Assembly: GCA_052148715.1 (NCBI GenBank)
Contig: JBKQHQ010000230.1
Coordinates: 3,243 to 67,242 of the forward strand
Direction: 5' to 3'
Source: Xanthobacteraceae bacterium
GTDB taxonomy: Bacteria; Pseudomonadota; Alphaproteobacteria; Rhizobiales; Xanthobacteraceae
Length of the DNA stretch: 64,000 nucleotides
Shown in pieces: positions 27,643 through 37,177 of this stretch; positions within the stretch are counted from its first letter, which is position 1, and each line of letters opens with the position of its first letter. Both the position numbers and the translations under genes were made by a program. The notes under the pieces are model-generated. The model had not been told where the DNA came from. It worked only from the letters and a program-made list of their open reading frames with translations, and made no database searches.

Positions 27643-28866
27643 ATGACCGTCGGCACGAACGAGCGCAACGACGCCTCGACTGTTTCTCCGAGCGAGTGGA
27701 CGTCCGCCGAGGCAGCACTGATCGCCGAGGCGGCCGCACTCGCAACGGTGTTGCGCGAGCGTGCGCCGCAGGCCGAGCGATTGCGCCGGATTCCCGATGA
27801 AACAGATGCGCAATTTCGCCGCGCGGGCTTCTATCGGGTGCTGCAACCCGCGCGCTATGGCGGCCTCGAGGCCCGCTACGGTTTGCACACGGTGATCGCG
27901 GCCGAGCTTGCGCGCGGCTGCGTCTCGAGCGGCTGGGCCGCCTCCATAACCGCATGCCACGCCTGGATCTTCGGCATGTTTCCCCAGGCCGTGCAGGACG
28001 AGTTTTGGGGCGCGGACCAGAACGCCGCGGTGGCGAGCTCATTCCTTCCGGTCCAGCCGCAGGTGACGCCAGAAGCCTCCGGAATCCGCCTGAGCGGCCG
28101 CTGGCGCTTCTCCAGCAATGTCGACCACTGCCAAGGAGCGATCTTGCTCGCGATGGTGCCGAGCGAGGCTGGCCCGCCGCGCCAGCATTTCGTGTTTCTG
28201 CCGCGCACCCAGTACGTGATCGAGGATGTTTGGAACGTCGTCGGCCTCGCCGCCACCGGGAGCAACGACATCGTCGTCAAGGACGCCTTCGTCCCGGCGT
28301 ACCGGATGCTCGACGTAATGTCGACGCGCGAGGGCGGCACGCCGGGCGCGCAGACGAACCCAAATTATCTCTTCGGCCTGCCGCTGTTCGCGCCGTTCGC
28401 GCACAGCCTCGCCGGCGCCGCCTTGGGCGCCGCACAAGGCGCCGTGGAGCTGATCGTCGCCGATCTTGCCGGCAAGACATCAGTTGCGAATGTCAAGCTT
28501 GCCGAGCAGCAGACCGTGCAGCTCCGCCTGGCGGAAGCGACCGCCGAGGTGGAAGCGGCGCGCGCGCTGCTGCAGGTCGATCGCGCCAAGATCAACGATG
28601 GCGGGCGGCTGCGGCGCCTTCCCGACGACGAGACGCGCGTGCGCTACCGGCTCAATGCCGGATACGCCGTCAAGCTCTGCGTGCAGGCGCTCGAGCGGCT
28701 CCTGCCGATCTCCGGCGGCCGCGGGCTCGAGCTCACCCATCCGTTGCAGCGCGCTTGGCGCGACGTGCACGCCGTCGCGCAGCACATCGCGCTCGTTTGG
28801 GACCTGCAGGCGCTGAACTACGGCGCCGTGCGCCTCGGCTTCAAGGCCGCCGACCCGAGACTTTGA
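27643..28866 (+). CDS. acyl-CoA dehydrogenase-fold flavin-dependent monooxygenase (DszC/SfnB/HpaB-C2-like)
   Basis: 407 aa; ACAD type-2 fold with long N-terminal region; no CoA-ester catalytic base pattern. Confidence 0.65.
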   Translation: MTVGTNERNDASTVSPSEWTSAEAALIAEAAALATVLRERAPQAERLRRIPDETDAQFRRAGFYRVLQPARYGGLEARYGLHTVIAAELARGCVSSGWAASITACHAWIFGMFPQAVQDEFWGADQNAAVASSFLPVQPQVTPEASGIRLSGRWRFSSNVDHCQGAILLAMVPSEAGPPRQHFVFLPRTQYVIEDVWNVVGLAATGSNDIVVKDAFVPAYRMLDVMSTREGGTPGAQTNPNYLFGLPLFAPFAHSLAGAALGAAQGAVELIVADLAGKTSVANVKLAEQQTVQLRLAEATAEVEAARALLQVDRAKINDGGRLRRLPDDETRVRYRLNAGYAVKLCVQALERLLPISGGRGLELTHPLQRAWRDVHAVAQHIALVWDLQALNYGAVRLGFKAADPRL

Positions 28867-28964
28867 CGGGATCGACCTGCCGTCGTCAGGTCACGTCCGC
28901 TTCCGGTGCGCACCTCGCCGTGGCAAAATGCGCGTGCCAGACAATTGGGGCTCGGGAGCTTTCC

Positions 28965-29900
28965 ATGCGCCTTGCGGCAGCTTTCGTGTGTACCGTGACG
29001 CTGATCTGCACCGCGGTCTTGCCGGCGGCGCGGGCTGAAGACCCCGCGGACAGAGAGGCCGTATTGAAGGAGTGTGACCGCCTCGCCGCGAGCCCCTATG
29101 ATGCGACGCGCGCGGCGGGAATTGCCGGTGTCGAGCATGAGAAGATCGATGCCGCGCAAGCGGTCCCAGCTTGCCGCGCCGCGATCGCGGTTCTCACCGA
29201 TTATGCCCGCATCGCCTTCGAGCTCGGCCGTGCTTTACAGAAGGCTGGAGGCGCGGACGCCGAGGCTGCGCGCTGGTACCGCCACGCTGCCGAAGCCGGC
29301 AACACGCTCGCGATGAATAATCTCGGGGTCATGTACGAAACCGGCAGGGGCGTCGAGTTGAACTTGTTGGAAGCCCAGCGTTGGTATCGCCAGGCTGCGG
29401 ACGCCGGATCGGCGGTCGGCGCGGACAATCTTGGACACATGTTCGAGTACGGTACGGGCGTGGCGGAGGATAAGTTGGAAGCCGTCCGTTTGTATCGCAG
29501 GGCTGCGAGGGCTGGACTGACGGACGGCATGTACAAGCTCGGAACGATGTACGCGAGCGGCAAGGGCGTGGTGAAGGACGAGCCGGAAGCCGCGCTTTGG
29601 TACCGCAGGGCAGCCGAGGCCGGGAACGCCTACGGCATGGCCAATCTTGGAAGCATGTACGAGGACGGCCGGGGTGTGGCGAAGGATGAAGCGGAGGCCG
29701 TCAACTGGTATCGCAAAGCCGCTGAGGCCGGTAACGCAGTCGGAATGGTAGACCTTGGAGCCATGTACGAGCGCGGCGCAGGCGTATCTCAAGATCATGC
29801 CGAAGCGCGCAATTGGTATGAAAAAGCGCTTGCCGCGGGCTATGAGCCGGCGCGCTCGGCCCTCGCCGCCCTGGAGGCTCGAGCAAAGACGCGCGACTGA
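28965..29900 (+). CDS. Sel1-like repeat (SLR/TPR-like) secreted protein
   Basis: Signal peptide followed by about 7 tandem 36-aa Sel1 repeats (A..WYRKAAEAGN..A...LG.MY..G.GV..D..EA); ATG 28965 with GGGAG upstream. Confidence 0.8.
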   Translation: MRLAAAFVCTVTLICTAVLPAARAEDPADREAVLKECDRLAASPYDATRAAGIAGVEHEKIDAAQAVPACRAAIAVLTDYARIAFELGRALQKAGGADAEAARWYRHAAEAGNTLAMNNLGVMYETGRGVELNLLEAQRWYRQAADAGSAVGADNLGHMFEYGTGVAEDKLEAVRLYRRAARAGLTDGMYKLGTMYASGKGVVKDEPEAALWYRRAAEAGNAYGMANLGSMYEDGRGVAKDEAEAVNWYRKAAEAGNAVGMVDLGAMYERGAGVSQDHAEARNWYEKALAAGYEPARSALAALEARAKTRD

Positions 29901-29945
29901 GTGTGGAGTGTTGGTAGTTGGAAAGGTGCGGCGCGGGCGCGTCCA

Positions 29946-29962
29946 TCTCGCCGCCGCGGCGA
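29946..29962. terminator. GC-rich hairpin between convergent genes (CTCGCCG-CCG-CGGCGAG)
   Basis: 7-bp perfect stem in the 114-nt convergent gap; no U-tract. Confidence 0.25.
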
Positions 29963-30014
29963 GGCGAGCAGGCACCGATTTGCGGCAACGGCTGCCAAGC
30001 TGAACCGGCCTTGC

Positions 30015-31094
30015 TCACCCGCGCAAGCGTGGAAACAGTGTCAGCGCGTTGTCGCGTTTGAGCGCCTGCAGATCGGTGTCGGCGATCCCAAGCTTTTCGA
30101 GGCCGCCCGCGGTCTTGGGGATCGGCACCAAGGGGAAATCGCTGCCGAACAGGATTTGCGCCATCGGCACGAGGCTCGTCAGGGCCCCGATCGCCGGACG
30201 ATTGGCCGAATTGGCGATCTCGTAATAGAGCCGCTTCAATTCATATTCGACCCCGTTCGGCACTTTTTCACGCAGGTGCGGCAGGTCGCCGAGCTGGGCG
30301 ATGCGGCCGGCGAGCATGGGGATCGTGCCGCCCGCATGCGAGAAAATGAAGCGCGTCTCGCGCAGCCGCGCGAGCGAGCCTGAATACATCAGGCTCAAGA
30401 TCGCCCGGTTGGTGTCCTGGGTGAATTCGGTGAGGAAGGCCGGCACGTAGGACATGAGGCTGGTGCAGCAGGCGGGCGAAGCCGGATGCACGTAGACGAT
30501 GGCCTTGCGCCGATCGATCTCATCGAGCACCGGCGCAAAAGCCGGATCGCCGAGCCATCTGTCGCCGTAGCTGGTCAGGAGCCCGATGCCGTCGGCCTTG
30601 AGCGCGCCGAGCGCAAAATCCATCTCGGCGAGCGAGCCAAGCGTGTCGGGGAGCGGCAGCGCGGCGAACAGGCCGAAGCGGCCGGGAAAGTCGCGGACCA
30701 TTTGCGCCGCGTATTCGTTGCATTGCCGCGCGAGCCGGCGCGATTGCTCGACATCGCCGAACCAGATCCCGGGCGTGGTGACGGAAAGAAGGGCGGTCGC
30801 AACGCCGTTCTTGTCCATCTCCTCCACCGCGCGTTGCGGCGACCATCCGAGCCAGTTCGGGATGATGCGGCCGCCGGCCTGCGCCATGATGTGCTGCTTG
30901 ACCTCCTCGAACCAGAACGGCGGCACGGTGTGGTGATGCACGTCGATGATCGCCGGCTTGCCGACCGCGATCGGCGCCTGCGCGCGCAGCGGCTTGGCGG
31001 AGAGCACCGCACCGGCACCAAGCGCCGCGGCCGCGGCAACAAACTCGCGCCGCGACGGCGCGCAGACTGTGCAGCCGCTGAAATGGCGTATCAT
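30015..31094 (-). CDS. amidohydrolase_2 family metal-dependent hydrolase with twin-arginine (Tat) signal
   Basis: 359 aa; SRREFVAAAAALGAGAV Tat motif; IDVHHH metal-binding start of the TIM-barrel amidohydrolase fold; ATGA overlap with flotillin stop. Confidence 0.75.
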   Translation of the reverse strand: MIRHFSGCTVCAPSRREFVAAAAALGAGAVLSAKPLRAQAPIAVGKPAIIDVHHHTVPPFWFEEVKQHIMAQAGGRIIPNWLGWSPQRAVEEMDKNGVATALLSVTTPGIWFGDVEQSRRLARQCNEYAAQMVRDFPGRFGLFAALPLPDTLGSLAEMDFALGALKADGIGLLTSYGDRWLGDPAFAPVLDEIDRRKAIVYVHPASPACCTSLMSYVPAFLTEFTQDTNRAILSLMYSGSLARLRETRFIFSHAGGTIPMLAGRIAQLGDLPHLREKVPNGVEYELKRLYYEIANSANRPAIGALTSLVPMAQILFGSDFPLVPIPKTAGGLEKLGIADTDLQALKRDNALTLFPRLRG

Positions 31095-32911
31095 TGCGGC
31101 GGCGTCTCCCGCGTCACGCGTTGGCTGAGCAGGCTGCCGACGAAGATGAGCGTGCCGCGCTGGTCGCCCTGGCCACCGCCAACGACGATCTGCGGCACCA
31201 GCTGGGTCTTGCTCAGGGCGAGCTGATCGACGACGTTCATCATGGCGTAGTACTGGGCGCCGACCGCCTCGACCTTCTGCTTCAGCACGCTCGCCTCGGC
31301 GACGCCGATGGCCTGCGTCTTGGTGGCGGTGGCGTTGCCGACGGTGGTCAGCACCTCGGCGTCGGCCTTGGCATTAATCGTCTTCGCCTCGGCCTCGCCG
31401 CGGGCGGCATTGACGACGGCCTCGGCATTGAGCTTTGCCGTCTCGGCGGCGCGCGAGGCGGCGACGATCTGGCTACGGGTGTCGGCTTCGGCCTTCGCCC
31501 GCTGCAGCTCTTGCCGCTGCTCCTCGGCCTGCTGCTCGATGGCGAAAGTAACCTTGGACTGCTCCGCCACCTTGCGGTCGGTCAGCGTCTTCATCAGCGC
31601 TTCCGGCGGCGTGATGTCGCCGATCAAGGTATCGACCGCCATCACATTGTATTTGTCGAGCGCCGCCTTGATGAACTCGGCCGCCTCGTGCTGGCGATCG
31701 GAACGGCTTTTCAGAAAGTCGATCACGTCGCTGCGCTGCGCGCTGTTGCGGAAATAATTGCCGATGGTCGGCTCCAGCACCTGCGTCACTAGATTGGTCA
31801 TGTTGCCGAACCGGGCGATCACCTTCGGCGCGTTCTCGCGCGAGACGTGGATGATCTGCGAGACGTCGAGGTTGAAGGTGAAGCCGTCGCTCGAGCGGAC
31901 CGTGATGGTCGACAAGTTCTTGTCGAGCTGGTGTGCCTCGCTCTTGCCGGTCGCCCAGTTGAGCACGATGTTGGTCGTCGGCACCGGCTCCACATTGAGC
32001 GTGCGTGGATTGATCGGATAGCGGCCGGGATCGAGCGGCGTGCCCCAGACACCTTTCTCACCCTTGCTGACGATGTTGCCATGGGTGAACTCCACCCCCG
32101 AGGTGTCCTTGCCGGGGGTGCCGACGAAAGCAACCACGACGCCCACATAGCCGATCGGGACGTTGGTCAAATCGACGCCTTCGACGGTCATGAATAGCGG
32201 GTTGGTGTAATAGGTCCCCGCGAGCATCACCTGCTCTTGCAAACCCTTGAATCCCCCGCCCTCGACGAAGACATGCGCATTCTGGAAGCTCGAGTGACCG
32301 GCGATCTCCTTGCCGGCAATCTCACCGCTCGGCAGCGTCTCGCCTTCGAAGGTCGTGACGATGCCGACCTTGCCCTGCGGGATCTGCATCGCGTTCTGGA
32401 TGGTGACCTTGAAGAGGGCGGTGTTGATGCGGTAGGTCCCGGGCGGAATGATATCCATTTGCGGCCCGCGCTGGCCGCCATTCGTCAGAAACGCCCGGGC
32501 GTCCTGAAAGGCGTCGCACTCGGCGTGCTTGGCCAGCACCCGGCCGACCGGGATCGGGGTGCCGTCGCGCGCCTCGACGATGCCGAGCTGCGAAGGCGGT
32601 ATTGTCAGAAACGGCACGATCTCGATCGAATACTGCCAAGGCCAGTACCAGAAATATAGACCGGGCGCCAAGGTATCGGCCTGAAATCCCGCCTCACCCT
32701 GGAGCGCGATGATTTTGCCGTCCGGTAACGTTTTATGCGCGCCGAACAGAACGAATTTCTTGGTCACGATGCCGATGCTGTCATCAGGGATCATGGCGAT
32801 GCCAAGCAGCCGATAGCCCCCGAAATACATGATCCCCAAGAAGACGATCAGCACCACGGCGATCCATATGATCATCGACATGCTTCCCCCTAGACCGAAC
32901 AAGTCACTCAT
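31091..32911 (-). CDS. flotillin-family (SPFH/band-7) membrane protein
   Basis: 606 aa; N-terminal TM helix, SPFH domain, long Ala/Glu-rich coiled-coil C-terminus (EEQRQELQRAKAEADTRSQIVAASRAAETAKLNAEA...). Confidence 0.8.
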   Translation of the reverse strand: MSDLFGLGGSMSMIIWIAVVLIVFLGIMYFGGYRLLGIAMIPDDSIGIVTKKFVLFGAHKTLPDGKIIALQGEAGFQADTLAPGLYFWYWPWQYSIEIVPFLTIPPSQLGIVEARDGTPIPVGRVLAKHAECDAFQDARAFLTNGGQRGPQMDIIPPGTYRINTALFKVTIQNAMQIPQGKVGIVTTFEGETLPSGEIAGKEIAGHSSFQNAHVFVEGGGFKGLQEQVMLAGTYYTNPLFMTVEGVDLTNVPIGYVGVVVAFVGTPGKDTSGVEFTHGNIVSKGEKGVWGTPLDPGRYPINPRTLNVEPVPTTNIVLNWATGKSEAHQLDKNLSTITVRSSDGFTFNLDVSQIIHVSRENAPKVIARFGNMTNLVTQVLEPTIGNYFRNSAQRSDVIDFLKSRSDRQHEAAEFIKAALDKYNVMAVDTLIGDITPPEALMKTLTDRKVAEQSKVTFAIEQQAEEQRQELQRAKAEADTRSQIVAASRAAETAKLNAEAVVNAARGEAEAKTINAKADAEVLTTVGNATATKTQAIGVAEASVLKQKVEAVGAQYYAMMNVVDQLALSKTQLVPQIVVGGGQGDQRGTLIFVGSLLSQRVTRETPPQ

Positions 32912-33043
32912 GTTTGTCTCCGGTTAACTCTTCTCAGTGTTTCCGGCAAAGGTGCCGTTGGCCCCTTTGGGCTGCGCCTTGACGGTGCGGATAGTACGGG
33001 TGTCCATTGCTGCGGTACAGCGCCCGCCACGGCCGCGCACAGG

Positions 33044-34177
33044 TTGGGGAACCCCATGACTACTTGCCAAACGTGCCGCTGGTCCTTGCGCGGCTGCCGA
33101 TGCTGCGGTGAAGCGGCCTTGCCCGCCGATGCGGCCAAGGTCAGCCGGCGCAACGTCCTGACCGGGACCGCTGCATCTTTGGCCGCGGGAGCCTTGGCGG
33201 CGCCCGGGCTTGGTCTTTCGCTTACACGCGCACAGGCAGCATCGGAAGACAAGCCGCACCGTATCGATGTGCACCATCACATCGCGCCGCCGAGCTACGT
33301 CGAGGAATTGCGGGACAAGCTGGAGCCGCCGACGCTCGCCTGGACGCCGCAACGATCCCTCGACGACATGGACAAGGCGGGCGTCGCCGTCGCCATCACC
33401 TCGGTGACGACGCCCGGGGTGTGGCTCGGCGATGATGCGCAGGGGCGCCGCCTCGCCCGCGCCAGCAACGACTATGCGGCGACCTTGACGGCCAAGTACC
33501 CGACCCGCTTCGGCATGTTCGCCGCGCTGCCGCTGCCCGACACCGACGGAAGCCTGCGCGAGATCGAATACGGCCTCGACGTGCTCAAGGCGGACGGGAT
33601 CTCGCTGTTCACGAGCTATCGCGACAAATGGCTCGGCGACCCCGCGTTCGATCCGGTCATGGAGGAGCTCAACCGGCGCAAAGCCGTCGTCTACACGCAT
33701 CCGGAGGCGGCGGTATGTTGCCGACACCTGCTGCCCGGCATTCATGAATCGGTCATCGAATACGGCACCGACACGACCCGCGCCATCACTCGTCTCCTGT
33801 TCAGCGGCGCCGCGGCGCGCTACCGCGACATCCGCTGGATTTTTTCGCACGGCGGGGGCACGACGCCGTTCTTGGCCGAGCGCCTGATCCGCGTGCCGCA
33901 AACCTTCAAGGCGCTTGCGCCGTCGGTGCCGAACGGCGTGATGGCGGAGCTGCAGCGCTTCTATTACGACACCGCGCAGGTGGCCTATCCGCCCGCGCTC
34001 GCGGCCCTCACCAAATTCGCGCCGATCTCGCAAATCCTCTGGGGCACCGATTATCCATTCCGCCGCGGCGAGGAATATGTGAAGGCGCTCGGCGAGTTCG
34101 GCTTCAGCGAAGCCGACCTGCGCAAGATCGACCGCGAGAATGCGCTGGCCCTGCTGCCGCGGCTGCAAGCCGGATGA
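33044..34177 (+). CDS. amidohydrolase_2 family metal-dependent hydrolase with Tat signal (paralog of 30015-31094)
   Basis: 377 aa; SRRNVLTGTAASLAAGALA Tat motif; about 50% identical to the gene at 30015-31094 (shared IDVHHH, FAALPLPDT, KADGI, WLGDPAF, IFSHGGGT blocks). Confidence 0.75.
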   Translation: MGNPMTTCQTCRWSLRGCRCCGEAALPADAAKVSRRNVLTGTAASLAAGALAAPGLGLSLTRAQAASEDKPHRIDVHHHIAPPSYVEELRDKLEPPTLAWTPQRSLDDMDKAGVAVAITSVTTPGVWLGDDAQGRRLARASNDYAATLTAKYPTRFGMFAALPLPDTDGSLREIEYGLDVLKADGISLFTSYRDKWLGDPAFDPVMEELNRRKAVVYTHPEAAVCCRHLLPGIHESVIEYGTDTTRAITRLLFSGAAARYRDIRWIFSHGGGTTPFLAERLIRVPQTFKALAPSVPNGVMAELQRFYYDTAQVAYPPALAALTKFAPISQILWGTDYPFRRGEEYVKALGEFGFSEADLRKIDRENALALLPRLQAG

Positions 34178-34204
34178 GCGCAAACGCGCGCAGCAACCGC
34201 TCAT

Positions 34205-34278
34205 TCCCGCGAAAGCGGGAACCCAGTTCTTGTGGAAGGTTAACGATCAAACGCTGGGTCCCCGCTTCCGCGGGGACG
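34205..34278. terminator. pair of perfect 7-bp hairpins (TTCCCGC-GAAA-GCGGGAA and TCCCCGC-TTCC-GCGGGGA) between convergent genes
   Basis: Both hairpins sit in the 116-nt gap between the amidohydrolase (+) and FAD monooxygenase (-) stops. Confidence 0.4.
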
Positions 34279-34293
34279 AGCGGGTTGATCCGT

Positions 34294-35898
34294 TCAAGCT
34301 CCGCGCACCCGGTCGATCACCGCCAGCGGATCGGCCACTGCATTGCCGTGCCAAGCGACGTGATGATCGGGACGCACGAGCACGAGCTTGGTTTGGTAGA
34401 GTTGATCGGGGGGAGCCTCGAGCCGCAGGACCTTCAGCGGGAGCTTGCGCGTGCTGGCCGCGCTCGCGAGCCGGCTCGCGGCTTCGGCCGCGCCGAAATC
34501 GAGGAGCGTGAAGCCGCGCCCGAATTCGTCATATGCCGCGCGGCCGGGAGCAAGCCAAAAATGCGGCGCCCGCGCGCCCGGCCGGTCGAGCGGCGCATAG
34601 GTGTCCCAGCGGTCGGGCGGGCTCGGCGCGCCGTCGTGACAGATGATGGGCGAGGTCTCGTAGCGCTCGCCGAGCTGAATGCCGGCCGTGAGATATTGCG
34701 GCCGGTCATCCTCCATGACGCGGGCGCCAAATCGTGCGCGCGCATCCGCCGCCGCGGCGTCCTTGGCTTCCAGATTGGGCGGAACGGACCAGCCGTCCAT
34801 CACCTTGGTGCATTGCACGCCGAGCCGCGAATTGCGCACGCCGATCGGATGCCGCTCGATCTCGTAGCTGTCGAGCAGATTTGGCCCGGCCCAGCCCTCG
34901 TGCACGGCGGCGATCTTCCAACCGAGATTCATCACGTCGCCAATGCCGGTGTTCATGCCAAGCCCGCCGAGCGGCGTAAACAGATGGGCGGAATCGCCGG
35001 CAAGAAAGACCGAGCCTGACTGATAGTGCTCGGCGACAAGCGCCAGTCCGCCGGTCCACGGGCCGCCTGAAATGATGTCGAACTCAACGTCGGCGCCGAG
35101 CATCGCGGCAATCGTCGCCTTGGCGTCGACCGCCCGCCAATCGACCCCGGGCGGAACCTGATAATGGACGACCCACAGCTCGCGCCCGTCCTGGGTGAAC
35201 ATCATCGCGCGCATGTCGGCGTTGATGATCCAGGTCATGTGGGTGGGCTTGCGCCCGCTGGCCGCCATCAGCTTCGGCGCGCGGATGAAGGAGGACAGCA
35301 TTGTTCCGCCCATGAAGGCGCGATATTCGGTTCCGTCATCGCCGATCATGCCGAAGCCGAGCGCGCGGCGCACCGTGCTGCTCGCGCCGTCGATGCCGAG
35401 CAGAGTGCGCGCCCGGATCCGCCGGCGCTCGCCGGTCGTGACGCTCTCGACCTCAGCCACAACCCCGTCATCGAGCAAAGTGAACGCGACGAGCTTCCAC
35501 CCGAATTGGATCGACAGACCCTCTTGGCGCTGCGCGCAGCGCCGCAGCACGCGCTCGAGCACGATCTGCGACACCATGATGGGCATCTCCGGCGTCGGCC
35601 AATTCGAATAGGGCCGCGGCAGGCGGCCGAACTCGTAACCGCAGAAGCGCGTCACATAGGCCGAGGCGCGCTCGACGTCGACCGGCAGCCCCTCAGCCCG
35701 CAGCTCTTGCGCGATGCCGAGACGGCGGAAATGCTCCATGGAGCGCGCATTGGTGTTGTTGCATTTAGGGTGCTGCGTGGTCTCCAGGCGGTCGTTGATG
35801 AGCATCGCCGGCACGCCGCGCCAAGCAAGCTCGATTGCCGCGGACAATCCGACCGGTCCGCCGCCGACGATCAGCGCATAGGTTTCGGCTTCCGTCAT
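34294..35898 (-). CDS. FAD-dependent aromatic-ring hydroxylase (PheA/TfdB/MhpA-like flavoprotein monooxygenase)
   Basis: GxGxxG FAD motif LIVGGGPVGLSAA, DG motif, GD motif (GDSAHLFTPLGGLGMNTG); ATG at 35898 overlaps the dioxygenase stop (ATGA). Confidence 0.85.
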   Translation of the reverse strand: MTEAETYALIVGGGPVGLSAAIELAWRGVPAMLINDRLETTQHPKCNNTNARSMEHFRRLGIAQELRAEGLPVDVERASAYVTRFCGYEFGRLPRPYSNWPTPEMPIMVSQIVLERVLRRCAQRQEGLSIQFGWKLVAFTLLDDGVVAEVESVTTGERRRIRARTLLGIDGASSTVRRALGFGMIGDDGTEYRAFMGGTMLSSFIRAPKLMAASGRKPTHMTWIINADMRAMMFTQDGRELWVVHYQVPPGVDWRAVDAKATIAAMLGADVEFDIISGGPWTGGLALVAEHYQSGSVFLAGDSAHLFTPLGGLGMNTGIGDVMNLGWKIAAVHEGWAGPNLLDSYEIERHPIGVRNSRLGVQCTKVMDGWSVPPNLEAKDAAAADARARFGARVMEDDRPQYLTAGIQLGERYETSPIICHDGAPSPPDRWDTYAPLDRPGARAPHFWLAPGRAAYDEFGRGFTLLDFGAAEAASRLASAASTRKLPLKVLRLEAPPDQLYQTKLVLVRPDHHVAWHGNAVADPLAVIDRVRGA

Positions 35899-36896
35899 CT
35901 TTTCTCGGCGACGTATTTCTCCAGCGTCGTCGGGCTGCCGGCGCGCGCGGGCTCGACCACCTCGACGCCCGCGAACCGGCTCGCCTCGTTGAACCATTGC
36001 GCACGCGCCGGCAATTGCCAGCGGCGCTTGGCGAGCTCGGAGAGGTCCCAGCGCACCGGCTCATTCTCGATATCCATCATCTGATAATGGGTGTTGAAGA
36101 ATTCGATCCGGTGCCCGTCGGGGTCGCGGAAATAGACGAACAGCGCGTGCCCCGGACCGTGCCGTCCCGGCCCGAATTCCACGTTCTCGGCATAGCCGAG
36201 CTCGGCCGCGAGATCGCACGCGTAGAGGAGGTGATAGGTCTCCGGAATGCTGAAGGCCGCGTGATGCAGGCGTGGGCCCGCTCCGTCGGCGAATACGACG
36301 TCGTGCGGGTTGCCCTTGCGCTGGAGAAAAACGAACAGGAGCTTGTCGCTGCCGTCCGGCGCCACGTATTCGGAAAGCCGGAAACCCATGCCGGTATAGA
36401 ATTCGCAGCCGCGCTGGACCTCAGGCGTCAGCATCTGGAAATGGTCGATGCGCTGCGGAATGCCGCCCCGGTGTGCATGGAACGCCGTGACGAGGCGCGG
36501 CTTGGTCACCATCGTGGCGCAGAATTCCAGCGGCGCGCCGATCGCATCGGTGACGTGCAAGGTGCGTCCCTGATGCGGCACCTCGGCCCACTTCGCCGGT
36601 AACCCGGCGCGCTCGAAATGGGCCTTGGCCTTTTCCAGATCGTCCTCCGTGTAGACGCGCAACCCGACCCGCTCGCAGACCGGCGCAGCCGCCGAACGCT
36701 TCAAAACGATACTGTGATGGCTCGCCTCGGTGACGCCGCGCAGATAAAGCGTGTTGCCGTCCTCCGCGCTGACGATGAAGCCGAGCATATCGACATAGAA
36801 GGCGCGGCTCGCCGCGATATCCTTCACAGTGAGAACGACATGGCTCGCGCGCGTCACATTGAACGGCGCCGGATAGGCGGTCTTGGGAATGCTCAT
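35895..36896 (-). CDS. extradiol ring-cleavage dioxygenase (VOC/glyoxalase-fold, catechol 2,3-dioxygenase-like)
   Basis: Two VOC modules (HVVLTVKDIAASRAFY..., HHAAFSIPE...); ATG at 36896. Confidence 0.8.
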   Translation of the reverse strand: MSIPKTAYPAPFNVTRASHVVLTVKDIAASRAFYVDMLGFIVSAEDGNTLYLRGVTEASHHSIVLKRSAAAPVCERVGLRVYTEDDLEKAKAHFERAGLPAKWAEVPHQGRTLHVTDAIGAPLEFCATMVTKPRLVTAFHAHRGGIPQRIDHFQMLTPEVQRGCEFYTGMGFRLSEYVAPDGSDKLLFVFLQRKGNPHDVVFADGAGPRLHHAAFSIPETYHLLYACDLAAELGYAENVEFGPGRHGPGHALFVYFRDPDGHRIEFFNTHYQMMDIENEPVRWDLSELAKRRWQLPARAQWFNEASRFAGVEVVEPARAGSPTTLEKYVAEKR

Positions 36897-37116
36897 TCGA
36901 GCTCCTGGATGTTGGCCGCGGTCGAGCACGTCAGATCAAGGCCGGGTAAGACCCGCCGCCAAGTTGCAAATCCATTGGCTTTCCTCCGGAATTTCTGGTG
37001 CATGCGGCTGGGCACGAACCGTAGCATGGCCCTGCATCCCCGTCATTCGCGGCCGTACTGTTCAACAATCTGGCGTCCGACGATGTGTGCTGCGCGAACT
37101 TTTGTTCTCGCCCAAC

Positions 37117-37145
37117 TTGTCACCAGTCAATGCAACCATTAATAT
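37117..37145 (+). promoter_or_regulatory. sigma70-like promoter (TTGTCA-N17-TAATAT)
   Basis: Near-consensus -35/-10 with exact 17-nt spacer, about 30 nt upstream of a small ORF with GGAGGG SD. Confidence 0.45.
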
Positions 37146-37177
37146 ATGTATGGATCTGCCAATTGGAGGGCTCGCTC

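Noticed and set aside
27954-28964. N-terminal 330 aa of the 648-aa ORF 27954..29900
   Set aside because: Out-of-frame read-through across the monooxygenase gene; the real Sel1 gene starts at ATG 28965 with its own SD and signal peptide
32924-34204. 426-aa ORF on minus strand
   Set aside because: Antisense to the Tat-amidohydrolase gene 33044..34177, which has clear family motifs
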